36,007 bases of DNA from Caldilineae bacterium (lineage in GTDB: Bacteria; Chloroflexota; Anaerolineae; J102): NCBI GenBank assembly GCA_011176555.1, contig DUEF01000006.1, positions 1-36,007 on the forward strand. Direction: 5' to 3'. The position numbers and the translations under genes were made by a program. The notes under the pieces were generated by a model. It did not search any database. It was not told the DNA's origin and was given only the letters and a program-made list of their open reading frames with translations. This document shows, one piece after another, positions 34,706 through 36,007 of the stretch (positions within the stretch are counted from its first letter, which is position 1; each line of letters begins with the position of its first letter).

Positions 34706-34754
34706 GGTTAATGATCAATGATCAATGGTTAATGGTCAATTGCCAATGGCTAAT
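34706..34754. repeat. Seven tandem heptanucleotide units (GGTTAAT GATCAAT GATCAAT GGTTAAT GGTCAAT TGCCAAT GGCTAAT)
   Basis: Exact 7-nt periodicity read directly. The block fills the whole 30-nt gap between the SGNH hydrolase stop (34736) and the pcm start (34705) and extends into the last 6 codons of the hydrolase. Confidence 0.75.
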
Positions 34755-35647
34755 TGGGGTTGGAGGCCAGCCCACACGCGGTTGGCGATTTCGGTTTCGC
34801 CGAGGGCGGAGAGATGGACGCCGTCAGCGGCCCAGTAGCTGGCGTCAGGGAAGGGTTGGCTAACTGCGATAAGGGGGACTTGCAGCCTGCGGGCGATTTC
34901 TTCGACCAGGGCGTTGTACCCCGACCAATGGGCGAACTCCGAGCTTCGGGCGGGATCGAGTTCCTCACTGATCGGAGTGAGGGAAAGCAGAATGGGTTGT
35001 GCATGCAGGCGTTTGCTGGCATTCACAAGCCATTTGAGTAGGGCGGCGAAGGTTTCCGGCGGCACGCGCGGGCCATTCGCTTCCTGTTCGATTGTGTAGT
35101 CGGCCGTGGGTAGGGGGGCCAGGTGATTGAGCAGGGCTCGAAATAGATAGAATCTGCCCAAACCGTAGGTTTTGGCGAAACTTTCGTTGCGTGTAAAGGA
35201 GGTGATGCGGCGCTGATCGATGGCTCGGTACACCTGCCGACAGTCGTTCAAACCCAGGGCGATGAGCACGGTGTGGGGATGGTAGGCTCGCACGTGCTGG
35301 GCGAAACGGGCGTAGGCGTCGGCAGCGGTGTTGCCGGATACGCCGGCATTGATCACCTGCCAGCGCTGGTCGGGGCGTTCTTGCTCCAGTCGCCTCTCCA
35401 GCAAGGCGGGCCAGGCCTCTTCCGCCGCCAAGTCTGGGGCGAAGGCAATGGAATCCCCCAAGACGACGATGCGGTTGGCCTGTAAGTCTGGCGAGGGGAA
35501 GGGGCGGGTTTCCCACGCACCGAGGTCGGCCGCCGCGCGCTGGCGAATGACGAATTCCAGACCCAACAGGAACAGAAAGAGGCCGGACAAAAAGATGGCA
35601 GGCTTTTTCACGGCTCCATTGTACTGGAGGAGAGCTAAGGAGGCCAA
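34736..35647 (-). CDS. SGNH/GDSL-family hydrolase with N-terminal membrane anchor or signal
   Basis: SGNH blocks IVVLGDSIAF (I), NAGVSGNT (II), IALGLNDC (III), DGVHLS (V). The start is uncertain (TTG 35647 or GTG 35611). Confidence 0.75.
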   Translation of the reverse strand: MASLALLQYNGAVKKPAIFLSGLFLFLLGLEFVIRQRAAADLGAWETRPFPSPDLQANRIVVLGDSIAFAPDLAAEEAWPALLERRLEQERPDQRWQVINAGVSGNTAADAYARFAQHVRAYHPHTVLIALGLNDCRQVYRAIDQRRITSFTRNESFAKTYGLGRFYLFRALLNHLAPLPTADYTIEQEANGPRVPPETFAALLKWLVNASKRLHAQPILLSLTPISEELDPARSSEFAHWSGYNALVEEIARRLQVPLIAVSQPFPDASYWAADGVHLSALGETEIANRVWAGLQPQLAIGN

Positions 35648-35706
35648 TAACGCTGCGACGGCGGGGAAGACTTCAAATTAGGGCGCACCTGCCATTGCCC
35701 GAGAAC

Positions 35707-35735
35707 TTGCATAGACGACGCCATTTGAGTATACT
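35707..35735 (+). promoter_or_regulatory. Candidate sigma70-type promoter (TTGCAT-17-TATACT) for tRNA-Pro
   Basis: Hexamers and spacer read directly, about 60 nt upstream of the mature tRNA 5' end. Confidence 0.45.
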
Positions 35736-35795
35736 TGCTCCTGCAGTTGAGCAAAACCCTGTTTCTGGTAAGACCAGAGGCCCAACTGTCGCCGT

Positions 35796-35872
35796 CGGGG
35801 CGTAGCGCAGCTCGGTAGCGCGCTTGAATGGGGTTCAAGAGGTCGGGCGTTCGAATCGCCCCGCCCCGACCA
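35796..35872 (+). tRNA. tRNA-Pro (anticodon GGG), CCA encoded
   Basis: Manual cloverleaf:
- acceptor CGGGGCG/CGCCCCG
- D arm GCGC-AGCUCGGUA-GCGC
- anticodon stem CUUGA/UCAAG with loop AU-GGG-GU
- variable AGGUC
- T arm GGGCG-UUCGAAU-CGCCC
- discriminator A, then CCA. Confidence 0.9.
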
Positions 35873-35873
35873 C

Positions 35874-35910
35874 GGGGGCTGATGGACCACCACCCATCGG
35901 CCCCCTTTTT
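35874..35910 (+). terminator. Rho-independent terminator after tRNA-Pro
   Basis: GGGGGCTGATGG (35874-85) pairs with CCATCGGCCCCC (35894-905), with one G-U, followed by TTTTT (35906-10). Confidence 0.7.
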
Positions 35911-36007
35911 GTCTCAATCGTTTCCCCGTTAGTTCCGAAGATCGACGAAGATCGGCAGTGAGCTCTAAACATCTCCACACCGAAAACGGTTTGTGGGAAT
36001 ACACATT

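Noticed and set aside
35678-36004. 108-aa minus-strand ORF
   Set aside because: It runs straight through the tRNA-Pro gene and its terminator, and has no SD or motifs.

Overview
GC-rich, gene-dense bacterial chromosomal segment. The gene content (LCP with a LytR_C tail, VanW, DHH-CBS-CCA fusion, many CBS proteins) suggests a Chloroflexota-like organism, but that is inference only. I support about 34 protein genes, one tRNA-Pro(GGG) with its own promoter and terminator, several intrinsic terminators, and three kinds of non-coding repeat or structure. I saw no rRNA, CRISPR array, transposase, integrase or obvious prophage gene.

Housekeeping and envelope genes:
- LCP transferase, M14 carboxypeptidase, VanW
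- GT2, RmlD, Pcm and an SGNH hydrolase
- UbiX and UbiE/MenG, ArsM, L-serine dehydratase, PPK2, an enoyl-CoA hydratase and GroES

Most notable observations:
1. A promoter-to-terminator bracketed, translationally coupled four-gene operon: SNF2 ATPase, SWIM zinc-finger protein, an unannotatable 603-aa protein and a 67-aa zinc ribbon (19.8-26.1 kb).
2. An 848-aa HerA/FtsK-like P-loop ATPase with a long coiled-coil tail, coupled to an 85-aa single-pass membrane protein and followed by a tandem RAM-like protein (27.0-30.6 kb).
3. A ~180-nt leader upstream of arsM carrying several cobalamin-riboswitch-like motifs, which would be an unusual regulon member.
4. A duplicated ~62-76 bp twin-hairpin element that fills the ubiX-PNPOx intergenic gap.
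5. STRR-like heptanucleotide tandem repeats (ATTGNNN / CCAATNN family) in at least two intergenic gaps.

All product calls come from motif recognition by eye. No database search was run.
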